From assembly GCA_000165345.1 (NCBI GenBank), contig CM000436.1, positions 256,001 through 320,000 of the forward strand: a stretch of 64,000 bases of DNA, read 5' to 3'. The notes below the pieces were generated by a model. That model was not told where the DNA came from and ran no database searches. It worked only from the letters and a program-made list of their open reading frames with translations. Position 1 is the first letter of the stretch; every line of letters starts with the position of its first letter. Position numbers and translations under genes: made by a program. Shown here piece by piece: positions 21,138-33,817 of the stretch.

Positions 21138-23571
21138 ATGGAATCAAGAATATTAAAGTTTGAGAGTAAGTTTCAAATAATAAAAAGAGGAGATTATAGT
21201 AGAAAATAAAATTTCTGCTTATTGGAAATATATCATTGAAGGAAAAAAATTTTAGAATAAAGTGATTAACTATTTTTCTGTTTCTTTTTAATAAATTTAG
21301 CTAGTGCAGGTAGATTGTGGATTGCAGGAACATATGGAATAAACAAAAAACCTTTTAACAAGAAGATAATTCAGGAAGTAGTCGTAAAGTCAGAAGTGGC
21401 AGATTTTGTTACTTTGGCGAATAATATGAGTTATTCTTTAAGAGTTTCAGCTACACTGTTGAGAGGATTGATGCTCATTTATGATAAGCAATGGATATAT
21501 TTGGGTAAGTTTGGCCTTTAATTCCAATTTGGGGATGATTCTTATAAGAAAGTTTAATACTAAATCGTTATTTTATCTCATTCAGAATCAGATTTGGATA
21601 ATTTATATTTGAGGGTAAGTCTAAAAATAATTACAAATTTTTTTTTGATCATCATTATTAACAAATCATTACTAAAAATAGTTTAGGGAAGGAAGAAATG
21701 AGACAGAAAATAAAAATAATTGTAACACATTAGTTAGGAGGAATAGAGGAGAAAAGAAGAATTCTTTATTGACTGAGTTAATTTCAATAAATTCATCACT
21801 TAGTTTGAATGGCGATAATTTGAGTAATAGCAGTAATAATGATCGAAATGGTGAATTGGTTTTGTCATTGGATGCTGAGAATTTTGTTTTGGACTTAGCA
21901 AACAAAAGTATTGATGAATTGAATTTTGAAAATATTCTTTTCAAAGGTAATGGAAATAGTTCAAATATTGGAAGGATTGAGGATATTACTCTTCCTGAAA
22001 TTAATAGAAATAAATCCAACTTGTCAAGAGATTTTGGAGTTGAGCAGGATTTCGTAAGTCTAGAGGAGAGTAATAATGAAGAAAATGAAGATGAAAGTGG
22101 AAATAGTGGAGGAAAAAATAGCATAAAAAATTCATCAGATAGAAGAGGAGAAAGCCAGATAGTACTATGGTCTTCAATAAATAATGAGGATTTTATGTTT
22201 CAGGGAGAAGAAAGTGAAGAATTACTTGAACAATTAGAAAGAAAAAAGTTAAATGCTGAAAGAAGCAAATTATCGGATCGAGATAAAGAAAATCAGTTTA
22301 TGGAGGAGACTACTGAGATAGTTTGTGAAGCTCAAAATAGAGGAGAAAATAGAAAAAGATCTAGATGTTTAAGTCATCTTGATGTTGATTTAAAGTTTAA
22401 AGGAATTAGCTCTATTAATAAGAATCAGCTTGAAATGTTGGTATTTAATGATGAAATAATTGCTGGTATGGATGAAAGATTAAGAGGTTGGGACTCATAT
22501 AAGTGGTGGCAAACAGAAACCCAAAAAAATGAGAAAAGTCAATTTCTAATAAAGTTCCAAAGCCTTGCAATACGTAGTATGAAAAAATCCAAGAGAATCT
22601 CAGTATCAAACCAAAATGGTAGTAATTTAGACATGTATGAAGCAATAGAAAAACATAGAGGTGAATATGATACAGGAGTTGAGTATAGTAACGTTGATTT
22701 GGGATTTGACCATTTTAATTTGGATAATGGTTTTGTTGGATCTCCAAGTAATCGTTTTAGAAATGGCCGTGATACTATTGAAAGCTCAGTTAATTATTAT
22801 GGAGATGGTGCAAATTCTTCAGGTGGAGCAAGATTACAAAGTGGAAGAGAGTCTATGATTTTCTCAGATAGTAGACGAGGTTCCAATGATGGAGTTAGGT
22901 TATCAACCATGTTAGAAACTGGGTCAGTATTATCATACAATAGTTCTCCTTTCCAGTTTGAAAAAAACTTAATGGGTATCCGAAGAGATTCGTCTAATTC
23001 TGAATTACAAAGAATTGTGAGATCTGGAAGGCTTAGTGGATCAATAGTAGGTAATAGCTACGATAAACAATACAGAACAAATTCTATTGCAACCAGTATT
23101 AGTGATATATTTTGTATGGAGGAAATTAAATCATCTAATTGGAGCAAAAGTGGAATCACTACAAGTAGTGGAACTTATAATTTGAAGACTTATACTGTTC
23201 AGAAATTCATTGCAACTAGAATGAAAGAAATTAGAGAAATTAGAAAGATTAATGAAGAAAATGGCTACTTAATGGACAATAATACTTCAAACAAAGAAAA
23301 TATAGGTAGCCATAATAGAGAGGAAGAAAATTCTGGAACTTTCAATAAGAAAAAAGACAATAGAAATGTTGAATCTGATGATAATGAAGAAGAAATGTCA
23401 ATTTACTTAAGTGAATTATTACCAGAAAAAACTGCTACAAAATGTACTGCTGCAGTTTTTTTCTATCATCTATTAGTTCTTGCAACATATAATGAAATCA
23501 AACTCACTCAAAGTACACCTGGGGGTAATATTAAGATTACAAAAACTAGCTCATTTAATGAAGAAAGTTAA
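21138..23571 (+). CDS. RAD21: Rad21/Rec8-like cohesin kleisin subunit, 4 exons, ~717 aa
   Basis: Exons 21138..21165 (MESRILKFE), 21301..21504, 21586..21614, 21682..23571. Donors GTAAGT x3. Phases 1/1/0 join cleanly. The N-terminus ...SAGRLWIAGTYGINKKPFNKKIIQEVVVKSEVADFVTLANNMSYSLRVSATLLRGLMLIYDKQWIYL matches the Rad21_Rec8_N domain (LAKIWLAAHWEKKLTKAQ...[24 protein letters not shown]). The C-terminus KCTAAVFFYHLLVLATYNEIKLTQSTPGGNIKI matches the Rad21/Rec8 C-terminal winged helix ([27 protein letters not shown]). The ORF track shows only fragments, with TTG 'starts' at 21315 and 21769. Confidence 0.75.
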
Positions 23572-23943
23572 GAATAAAGCTGGTATTGTATTAATTTATA
23601 TATTTTATGGGTACTATTTAAGAAAAAGGCGGTAACTTCTGGCAAATTTATTGTCAATATTTTAGCCTAATAAATTACGTGTTATATTAATATTTATATT
23701 ATACAGGAATAATTAAAACTTGATCACGAAAACAAAAATCAATTTATTAAAAATTGAAAGGAAAAAATAAACTTAAAGTGGGAGATTATTTTCTTCATTA
23801 CCTTTTTGTTATTTTTTGGAGATATTTATTATAGTTTATAAAAATAAGGGATTGAAGGATAATTAAAGAATTCAATCATTGACTGAGATTAATATAATAA
23901 TATCAAACATTATTAATTTGAATAAGTACATTTAAATTAAAGA

Positions 23944-25914
23944 ATGAATCGGAAAACACTTATAGAAAGAAGAGAAGCACTTGAGAATCTTTTAAAGAGA
24001 AGGTTTTTTATAGCTCCATCTTTTGAAATATATGGAGGAGTAGCAGGACTATTTGACTATGGTCCTCCAGGATGTGCATTAAAGTCAGAAGTTGAGAGTT
24101 TCTGGAGAAGACATTTTGTATTAGCTGAAGATATGTTGGAGATTAGTGCAACTTGTTTAACTCCATATAACCCTTTAAAGGCATCGGGTCATGTTGATAG
24201 ATTTACTGATTCAATGATAACAGATATAAAAACTAATGAATATTATAGAGCTGATAAAGTTTTAGAAGAGTATGTTGAAAATAGATTAAAGGAAAAATCT
24301 TCAAATCCCCCAAAGTCAGAGGAAGAGAAGAATGAATTAGAAACTTTGGGAATTAAGGCAGGTTCAATGAGTATTGATGAGATAAAAGAAAGTTTAAATA
24401 AGTACCAAATTAAGCCACCAAGTGGTGGAGAATGGTCAGAACCATATCCATTCAATTTAATGTTCAGAACAAAAATTGGCCCTAAAGAGGTTGAAGGAAA
24501 GAATGATAGTGTTGGTTTTATGAGACCTGAAACCGCACAAGGAATTTTTGTGAATTTTAAAAGATTATATGAATATAATGGAAAAAAACTACCATTTTCA
24601 GTAGCTCAAATTGGTTTGGGATTTAGAAATGAAATTGCTCCTAGAAATGGACTTTTAAGAGTTAGAGAATTCCAGATGGCAGAAATTGAACATTTTATAC
24701 ATCCTGATAGAAAGGATCATCCTAAATTTGATGATGTTGCCTTAAAATGTCTTCCATTATATTCAAGTAAGACTCAACTTAATAATGGTGAAATTGAGAG
24801 AAATATTACATTAAAAGAAGCAGTACATGGTGAAGAAAAGATTATTAATAATGAAACTTTAGCTTATTTCTTATCTAGAACTTATGATTTTCTTATTTCT
24901 ATTGGTATTAATCCAGATGGAATAAGATTTAGACAACATTTAAGTACTGAAATGGCACATTATGCAAGCGATTGCTGGGATGCTGAAGTATTGACATCAT
25001 ATGGTTGGATTGAATGTGCTGGTCATGCTGATAGATCATGTTATGACTTATTACAACATTCAAAAGCAACAAAAACTGATTTATTTGCATCTGAAAAGTA
25101 TGATGAGCCTCAATTCAAGACAGTTTTAGTATTAACATTAAATAAACCATTAATAGGAAAAACATTTAAACAGGAGGCATCATTAGTAACAGAAGCATTA
25201 CAAGAGATTGCAAATAAAGGAGATATTAGTTTCCAGGAAAAGCTCAATCAATCTAATAAGGCTCTTTTAAAATATAAATCATGCGAAAATGGAAAAGAAT
25301 ATCAATGGGAGATATCATCAGAAATGGCCAAATTTGAATTCCAGACAAAGAAAGTAACAGAAGAGCAATTTACTCCTGGTGTTATTGAACCTTCATTTGG
25401 AATTGGAAGAATAATATATTGTTTATTGGAACATAGTTTTAAAATTAGAGAGGATTTATCTGAAATTCAAGATCAGAGTACTGGTAATAAAAATACAAAT
25501 AATTCACCTGATAACGAAATGCAGAGAAGTTATTTATCTTTACCAGCTTTAATTGCTCCAGTAAAATGTTCAATATTACCTATAAGTTCTAATGCAATTT
25601 TTAATGATTTGATAAATCTTTTACATAAAAGTTTTATTAATCATGGTATTTCATGCAAAGTAGATACATCATCTGCTTCAATTGGAAGAAGATATGCAAG
25701 AACTGATGAAATTGGTATTCCTTTTGGTATTACTATAGATTTTCAAAGTGTAAAAGATGATACTGTAACATTAAGAGAGAGAGATTCAATGAAACAAGTT
25801 AGAATATCATCATCAGAAGTTCCATCTGTAATTTCAAAGATTATTAATCAACAAATTACTTGGGAAAATGTTTTAGAGAATTATCCATTATTCACTCAAC
25901 AATCAAATGAATAG
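23944..25914 (+). CDS. GARS: glycyl-tRNA synthetase (class II, eukaryotic dimeric type), 656 aa
   Basis: FEIYGGVAGLFDYGPPGCALKSEVESFWRRHFVLAEDMLEISATCLTPYNPLKASGHVDRFTD and downstream class-II motifs match eukaryotic GlyRS closely. Single exon with ATG start. Confidence 0.95.
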   Translation: MNRKTLIERREALENLLKRRFFIAPSFEIYGGVAGLFDYGPPGCALKSEVESFWRRHFVLAEDMLEISATCLTPYNPLKASGHVDRFTDSMITDIKTNEYYRADKVLEEYVENRLKEKSSNPPKSEEEKNELETLGIKAGSMSIDEIKESLNKYQIKPPSGGEWSEPYPFNLMFRTKIGPKEVEGKNDSVGFMRPETAQGIFVNFKRLYEYNGKKLPFSVAQIGLGFRNEIAPRNGLLRVREFQMAEIEHFIHPDRKDHPKFDDVALKCLPLYSSKTQLNNGEIERNITLKEAVHGEEKIINNETLAYFLSRTYDFLISIGINPDGIRFRQHLSTEMAHYASDCWDAEVLTSYGWIECAGHADRSCYDLLQHSKATKTDLFASEKYDEPQFKTVLVLTLNKPLIGKTFKQEASLVTEALQEIANKGDISFQEKLNQSNKALLKYKSCENGKEYQWEISSEMAKFEFQTKKVTEEQFTPGVIEPSFGIGRIIYCLLEHSFKIREDLSEIQDQSTGNKNTNNSPDNEMQRSYLSLPALIAPVKCSILPISSNAIFNDLINLLHKSFINHGISCKVDTSSASIGRRYARTDEIGIPFGITIDFQSVKDDTVTLRERDSMKQVRISSSEVPSVISKIINQQITWENVLENYPLFTQQSNE

Positions 25915-26061
25915 AGATAATTTTGGATACTTGTTATTGAAAAAAATATGTAAATTTTAAAGGGATAAATAAAAGAAAATTGTTATTATAAATGATTTAA
26001 AATAAAGTCTATTTACTTATTTATTGATCTATCTCTCCAAGCAGATTTTCCTTTAATCATT

Positions 26062-26878
<817 letters not shown>

Positions 26879-27712
26879 TTAAATAGTAATCAAAATGTAT
26901 CAAAATTCAAGCCAAGCTCCACTTCATATATATTATTAATTAAATGGTGAAAGAAAAATCCAAATATCAAGTTTGAAAGAAATTATTAATTAATTTGATA
27001 AATGACTTTTCAGATTATCAATTTTAACTTCACACTAAGATAAAAAAAATTAATTTGTGGCAAATTTCGGAATTAAAGACAAATTTCTACGCCTTTTTCA
27101 AACTTACCTAGAATATATTGAAAAAAGAATTTAAGAGAAGCCAATGCAATACTGAACTTCCTTTTTCAAAATACTTTAATTCATAAAAATCCCCACAGAT
27201 ATTCCTCTTTTTTTTAATTTCCTCTTTTTTTTTTTTTAATCTCTTTCTCCTTTCTTTACAATTTCCTTATTTAATTTTGTGTTTATTTTTTACATTTAGA
27301 CTCACAAAATCAGTTTTTGGCGCCGAGTAGCGCCAACAGATCAAAGAAATTTATTATAAAATAATTTTATGACAAGTTATGTAAGAATGGAAATAAAAAT
27401 TTTTAACAAGATTTAACAATTTCAGAAAAAATTCAGAGTTGCATATAAAAACAGTTTTGAGAAATTATATTCTATTTAACATTTTTGATCATTTTACCAT
27501 TTATTTTTGATATCTATCAACTTTATTTAAAAAAAAAAAAAAAAAGCCCCCACAAACGCACTTTAGCTGATACCGGCATTATTTCATAATTATCCACATG
27601 CATTAATTATTAATAATAATTTTCATGTGGACGCATGCATTAATTGTCAAAGTCTGCAAATAAAAAGCACCGGCATATAATTTTAGTTTGATAAATGTTT
27701 GTACGTGTGGGT

Positions 27713-27765
<53 letters not shown>

Positions 27766-28842
27766 ATAATATTCTTTACAGAAATTAAGAGATTGAAATA
27801 TATTTTGTAGGAAATGGAAGAATATCAATGGAATATATAAGTGAGAAACTTTATTATTGTGAATAAAGAGGAGGAAATGGGAATGATATGTGAAAAGAAG
27901 ATTTAAAAAAAATTAAGTAAAAAGTTTTCTATTAATATTCAAAACAAGTATTTATTAAATTAACAAATCACGAATTCATATTATTTAATTGGTAAAAGTA
28001 TTTAAATTAAATTATTAATCATTTTACTAAGCAAAAATTCACTTAATTATATCAAGATACCAAAATTCCGTTTTGGCGGCAAACACACAAAATTATGATA
28101 CTTGGGAATTGGATTGAATAGAGGGTGGATGTGGAAGGATATTATATGATGCATTGGATTTTATTTTAATGATCTTAACATCAATATCATTTATTAATAA
28201 TATTATTATTATTTATAATAACAATAATATACCTATAAATAAATATTATTTTATTGCTATTTAATTGCAATATTTTTTCTTATTGGTTTTATTTCAAAAA
28301 AGTTGATACTTGAGTAATAAATACAAAGTAGGAAAGAAATTGTGATTAAGATAAAATATTAAAGTGTATTTTATGGCAAATAATATGGTATAAAGATCGG
28401 TATAAAAAGGGGAATATACGTGAACTAAGGTTATTTTTCATATGTAAACAGGTAATAAAGTGTGTGAATTTAAAGATTTGTTTTGTTTTTTATTGTCAAG
28501 CACAAAATTTAATGGTGCTCAATATATTTTAGTAAGGCCAAGGTAATTTTGGATCAATTTTAAGGGTTTAATAGTTATATAAATCAGGTATATTTAGAAA
28601 CAGGGTTAAAGCAAAAGTTAAACCTATATGAAACTCATTATTAAAAGGAAATCCAAATAAAGTTATTAAGATACATATAAGGGAGTGTAATTGATAATTA
28701 GGGTGTTTTTAAACATAACAGAAATAATAAAAGGTAACAGGTTCAGATTCAGGTTAATTTCAGGTTGGGAATTATAATCAAAAGTGTCGTTTATTTTAAT
28801 TTTTAATATTTTACATTTAAGAAATTTTTAGAATTAGAGAAA

Positions 28843-30939
28843 ATGAAGTTTAATTCAAAGAATGAACGAACAAAAGAGTTAAAATGTGACGAAGATGTGA
28901 AAATAGTTATGCATTCAAATGAATTAGGAGTGGAGCTTCCAACATTAGAAACTACTGATTCCATTGATAGACAATCCAATGATTCAATCAGTTCAGCTCA
29001 AATTATTAGCTTAACTCCTAAAAGGTGTTCCAAAGGAAAAGAAATGTCAAATATTGAATATATGGCCTCTTTTGGAAAAGAAAATAGAGATTTAAATCAT
29101 GGAGATGTTACAAATAATATGTTTGGATCACAATCTTCTTCTTTGGTTAATAGTGTTGAAAGAACAACAGCTCCCTCATCTATGATGGGTAGTCTATCTA
29201 GATATGATAGTTGTTATCACTCAAATTTAAGTCCAAACACAAATTTTCAAACTCCTTCTGGAAGAGATCCAAAGAGAAGAAATATCTCAAATATATCATC
29301 TTTAGGTGAAAGTTTTCAAAATAGGGAAAATGAAAAATCAAATAACTCAAATTTTTTGGGGTCCAGGAAAGACTTAGTGGAATCTAATGGTTTGACAAAT
29401 ATTTCGGGAGCATCGAATAGTACGATTCAGTCTAATCAGATTAATAATTCAGTTCTTCTTTCGGCCGTTCTTCAAGTTATAGCTTCTATTCAGAAACTGA
29501 AGAATGGAGAACAAGCAAATGCAGTTAGTAGAGGTAGAATGGCAACGAATACAGCAAATATAAATAATGCTAATACCGTCATGAGCAATGGAGCAATTAT
29601 TAACAATAATGCTGCAACACAAATCCTTGGTTCAAAGCTCCCTGGAGTACATCCAACTACAGCAGCTTTGGCTCTGGCCTATTCTCTTTCAGTTGCGGCT
29701 TCTGCAAAGAGGACTTTAAGCGGAACACCAGTAAACTCTGATGACATCATTCAAGGTTTGAATCAGATAATTTCAGAAAAAAATTCTAGTAATAGTCTTG
29801 CAATGAATACAGAAAATACTGATAATCTGAAAATCACTGGCGAGCTCATACAAAGTATTGTTTCGTCCTTGAGTTCTTTGATTTCTAATTCTCAAGGAGA
29901 ATCTGCAAATACTATTCAAAAAAAAGATAAAGATTGTTTAATTTCTCCAAAAAGGACAAATGAATTGAGTGACATTTCCAAGGTATCAAAACTAGGGGGA
30001 ATAGATTCCAGAACTTCAGGATCCTCATATAACTTGAAGCTACCACCGATGGATTTTATAATAAACGAAAAATCATTATGCAACGATTTTAGAAAAGCCA
30101 ATAACTTCCAAAATGTGGGGAATAATAATTTTAATCTGAATAAGTCAGTTCTTTTAGACGTAACTAATAATATTAGCAATGCTAATAATTATAAGTTTCA
30201 ATCATATTTAGAAGCAGAATCGAGTTTGGGTATGGAGCCTAGAATTGAGGATTCTTTTAGTCAGATTGAGTATGTAAATCAAGCTTCTCAAATGAACAGA
30301 TTAAATCATTCTAAAAGTATGGCTAGTAATACTGAAAATATTCAAAATGAGATTAATAATAATTCTCGATTATTACGTGAGAATAATTATAATCCTTTAT
30401 TATCCGAAATTTCTAGATGTTCAGAAAAGAAAATTATTCTCGAATCTAGCAATAATTGTATATGGAATGATTTGTTATATAACCAAGTATTTGATCATGT
30501 TGATTTTGAAACTCCATTTACTCGTAAACACGCTTATATGAGAAATGAGCTGGTATTTTGTAATAAGCCAATATTGGAAATTGATCATGGAGGAGATTCA
30601 TTCTCAATGCCAAGTTATATACGTATCCCAAGCAATAATTTTCCAAATTCTAATAATAGAAATGGATATTCAAATAATAATAATATAAATCATTCCAATA
30701 TATATAACAATTCCAAGCCTAATTTTACTCATTCATCTAAATATCCGCCTCCAAATAATTTTGATTTTTATAATTTGCATAAGTACAACCCCAGAATTCA
30801 GTCATTCTGTGACGATCTTCTCGTAAACACGAATAGCCGAAGAAATTCCCAGATATTTAATTCCATTAACTACTTAATGCAAATAGTTGGCGATGGAAAC
30901 ATGAATAATAATAATAATAGTAATAATAATGGTAAATAA
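28843..30939 (+). CDS. hypothetical Ser/Asn-rich low-complexity protein, 698 aa
   Basis: Long ATG ORF with no recognisable domain; the composition is biased (S, N, I). It lies downstream of an unusually long ~2-kb spacer carrying multiple GGCGCC-type boxes. Confidence 0.5.
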   Translation: MKFNSKNERTKELKCDEDVKIVMHSNELGVELPTLETTDSIDRQSNDSISSAQIISLTPKRCSKGKEMSNIEYMASFGKENRDLNHGDVTNNMFGSQSSSLVNSVERTTAPSSMMGSLSRYDSCYHSNLSPNTNFQTPSGRDPKRRNISNISSLGESFQNRENEKSNNSNFLGSRKDLVESNGLTNISGASNSTIQSNQINNSVLLSAVLQVIASIQKLKNGEQANAVSRGRMATNTANINNANTVMSNGAIINNNAATQILGSKLPGVHPTTAALALAYSLSVAASAKRTLSGTPVNSDDIIQGLNQIISEKNSSNSLAMNTENTDNLKITGELIQSIVSSLSSLISNSQGESANTIQKKDKDCLISPKRTNELSDISKVSKLGGIDSRTSGSSYNLKLPPMDFIINEKSLCNDFRKANNFQNVGNNNFNLNKSVLLDVTNNISNANNYKFQSYLEAESSLGMEPRIEDSFSQIEYVNQASQMNRLNHSKSMASNTENIQNEINNNSRLLRENNYNPLLSEISRCSEKKIILESSNNCIWNDLLYNQVFDHVDFETPFTRKHAYMRNELVFCNKPILEIDHGGDSFSMPSYIRIPSNNFPNSNNRNGYSNNNNINHSNIYNNSKPNFTHSSKYPPPNNFDFYNLHKYNPRIQSFCDDLLVNTNSRRNSQIFNSINYLMQIVGDGNMNNNNNSNNNGK

Positions 30940-31224
30940 ATAAAATCTATTTCTTCCGAGATATTCATTCCATCTCACACATTGTAGTATTTTTTATATT
31001 TTCATTTGAATGTATAAAATCAAAATAAATATTAACACATCTTTTTCATTGATTAAATATTATTATACCCATGTATATTCCATAGTCCATTAAAATAAGT
31101 AAATATTTAACTAATAACTTATTGTATTTTCTCTTTAAAAGATTGATATATAGAACCCTTATTCATTTGTATAACTATTTTTCTTTGTATTCCAACATAA
31201 TAAATCTACTCTCCATCACCTTGT

Positions 31225-33276
31225 TTAATATTTATTCCCATAACACGGAAAATTTGGACCTCCAGGAATCGAACCTGGATGCACGCCCATGCTCATAAAA
31301 TTTCCATTGCCGGTGCCACTTTCGCATGCAAAATTGGAATTGGCGCCGTTATTATTATTATTGTAAATGTATGGATTATTTAAACCTCCATTTCCATTAT
31401 TATATTGATTATTTACTGAATATTGATTACCTTCAAAATTTGCTGTCATTTGATTTGGATTTCCATTTTGATACGGTAACTGCGTGTGATGTAGTTGTAA
31501 TTTATCTGAATGTGAAAAGTATTGTGAATGAATATGTGAATTTTGACTTGAATTTGGGTACATTTGTTGCGCTTGCGTCTGAGAATGGAAAGAGGCGGTA
31601 AAGTCATGTCCATTATTATGGTTATAGAATGGAATTCTTCCCCTATTTTGTTGAATATCTTGTGCAATATATGCATTATTTGGGGCACTATATGAAAATT
31701 GTGAATAGTTATTTTGAAAGTTTTGGAATAATAAATTGCCTTGATTGTAACCAAATTCAGTTTCTGAAGTTCGTCTTGTTATTTGATTTTGGTGATTATC
31801 TTTTCTTAAGCTTAGGTCAAAATTAGAAAGGGAATTTTGTCCATAAATATTTCCGCTTCCAAATTGTTTAAATCGATTAAAGTTCTTATCTTTATTGTAT
31901 TGAAATTTTCCACTTGAGTTTGTAAGATTTTGGTTTGATGCTCTTCTATTGTTTTTGTTCTTAATGTAGTGACCCTGGTTATTGTTATTAGGCTTCTTTT
32001 GATATTCTTTTTGCTTTTTAAGTGAGATATTATTTGTAATAGAATCCTCAACAGCAGATTCTTGAATATTACCCAAATTATCATACTTTTCTACAAACTT
32101 CTTGATTGAAACTTCGTTTAAATTAACACTAATATCATCACCACTCTCTTCTTGTCCATCATCATCATCTTCATCTTCATCATATCCATCAGGAATAACT
32201 TCTCCATTTTCAATTTCAGGTTTTAAAGAAGAACCATCTTTCATATTAGAGTTAGTAGCACTTGATACTTTAGTTTTAGGGTCTTTTTTAAACTCCTTGT
32301 TAGAGAAAGGAGATTTTGATGTACTTGAAGTAAATACTGTACTTTTCCTATTTCCATGGCTTGTACTTGATAAATAACTACATTGTATTTTACCTGCCTT
32401 ACCTAATATAGTAGAATGTCTACGATCACAATATATTTTGGTACCTTTTTTAAGTAAGTCATTATTTACATTACTTTGTTTAGATAAGACGTAGAATGGA
32501 GATGAAATTGGACCAAATGTGTCTATAATTGCTCCTACTATTGTCTTATCCTCCAAACATAAAACTGATCCCAAATCTAACATTATAGTGGATGGGTCAC
32601 TTTTTACTATAAAGATTCCCTCCATGCCAAATATTGCTCCGTCATCAATAATGGAGTAAATTTCTCCAACAAACTCACAAGGAAGAGTAAGATCTACCTT
32701 TTCTGGCATATCCAAAATCTCAATATTTGGTAGCCAGCTTAATTTTTCTTCAAAGTTGTCTAATTGACCATCTTTTCTTATGTTACTATGCTTTCCTTTC
32801 TTAATCACCTCTTCTTCTGATTCTGCCATCTCATTTTCGCATTCACTAATATCAGATAAAGTACTCTTAGTACATTTATTATTATCCAGAATAATACCAA
32901 ATTGAGATAAATAATCATCAGATAGCTTCTCACCCAAAATTTCATTTTTAGATTCATGAACTTCAGAAACTTTATGGCGGTAAATCATCTCCTTCCTAAT
33001 TAACTCCTTAATCTCGTTATCCTCATTTTCGCTGGATTCATAGCCATCATCTTCAGAATTATTCAACTCATCATCTGTTAAGATAATATCAACATTATCG
33101 GATGTCTTCTCATTTTGTATTTTCCTACCTCTTGAAGAATCTATCGCAGATAGAATGGAAGCAGACTTGTAATTTTCTAGTTCTGCGAACTTGGATGCAA
33201 GTAATAAATCGTCAATTTCTGTTTCTCCATCAATAATTATCTCACCTCCACATAACTCATCAGCTTGAACTTCCAT
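31225..33276 (-). CDS. NAF1: NAF1-like H/ACA snoRNP assembly factor (Gar1-type beta-barrel domain) with Q/N/Y-rich C-terminal tail, 683 aa
   Basis: Core LTLPCEFVGEIYSIIDDGAIFGMEGIFIVKSDPSTIMLDLGSVLCLEDKTIVGAIIDTFGPISSPFYVLSK matches the NAF1/Gar1 domain (…VIFKSDRQAAGKIFEIFGPVAHPFYVLRF). Acidic N-terminus; prion-like N/Q/Y-rich C-terminus. Confidence 0.7.
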   Translation of the reverse strand: MEVQADELCGGEIIIDGETEIDDLLLASKFAELENYKSASILSAIDSSRGRKIQNEKTSDNVDIILTDDELNNSEDDGYESSENEDNEIKELIRKEMIYRHKVSEVHESKNEILGEKLSDDYLSQFGIILDNNKCTKSTLSDISECENEMAESEEEVIKKGKHSNIRKDGQLDNFEEKLSWLPNIEILDMPEKVDLTLPCEFVGEIYSIIDDGAIFGMEGIFIVKSDPSTIMLDLGSVLCLEDKTIVGAIIDTFGPISSPFYVLSKQSNVNNDLLKKGTKIYCDRRHSTILGKAGKIQCSYLSSTSHGNRKSTVFTSSTSKSPFSNKEFKKDPKTKVSSATNSNMKDGSSLKPEIENGEVIPDGYDEDEDDDDGQEESGDDISVNLNEVSIKKFVEKYDNLGNIQESAVEDSITNNISLKKQKEYQKKPNNNNQGHYIKNKNNRRASNQNLTNSSGKFQYNKDKNFNRFKQFGSGNIYGQNSLSNFDLSLRKDNHQNQITRRTSETEFGYNQGNLLFQNFQNNYSQFSYSAPNNAYIAQDIQQNRGRIPFYNHNNGHDFTASFHSQTQAQQMYPNSSQNSHIHSQYFSHSDKLQLHHTQLPYQNGNPNQMTANFEGNQYSVNNQYNNGNGGLNNPYIYNNNNNGANSNFACESGTGNGNFMSMGVHPGSIPGGPNFPCYGNKY

Positions 33277-33817
33277 TTCCTGATTTTGATGAGGAAGTCC
33301 TTCAAATGAAAGTTCTCTTTTAACTTTCGATTAAATATTTATTAATAATTTATTTACTTACGTGTCAAATTTGACATGTCTGGCGCCTAAATGGGAATGT
33401 ATCTTTAATTTTACAAGGGTAAGAGGCGTAAAGAAATTTTAGGGTTAAAATAAAACGAGAAAAGATGAAGAGAGTTAAGAATGGAGAAAAATGAGCACTT
33501 TTGGTTAAGGTTTGTTCATGTTTAGATTAAAGGATGAATTTTTTTTTTAGATATATAAATATAGATATATATATTAAATTTTCCTTTTTGTTAGTTACAA
33601 TTTGGATTAAAAAAAAATAATTCAAAATAGTTGGCGCCATTTGTTTTAATATGTTTTCAATTGATAAATTCTTTAATTAATAGTATATATTAATATATTT
33701 TCAATTATAATAAAAATCAGGAAAGAAAACGCAGAATTAGCATGAAATTGTGTGTGAGACAAAAATAGTTAACTAATAACAAAGATAATCTAGAAGTGGG
33801 AAAAGGTGCATAAGAAG

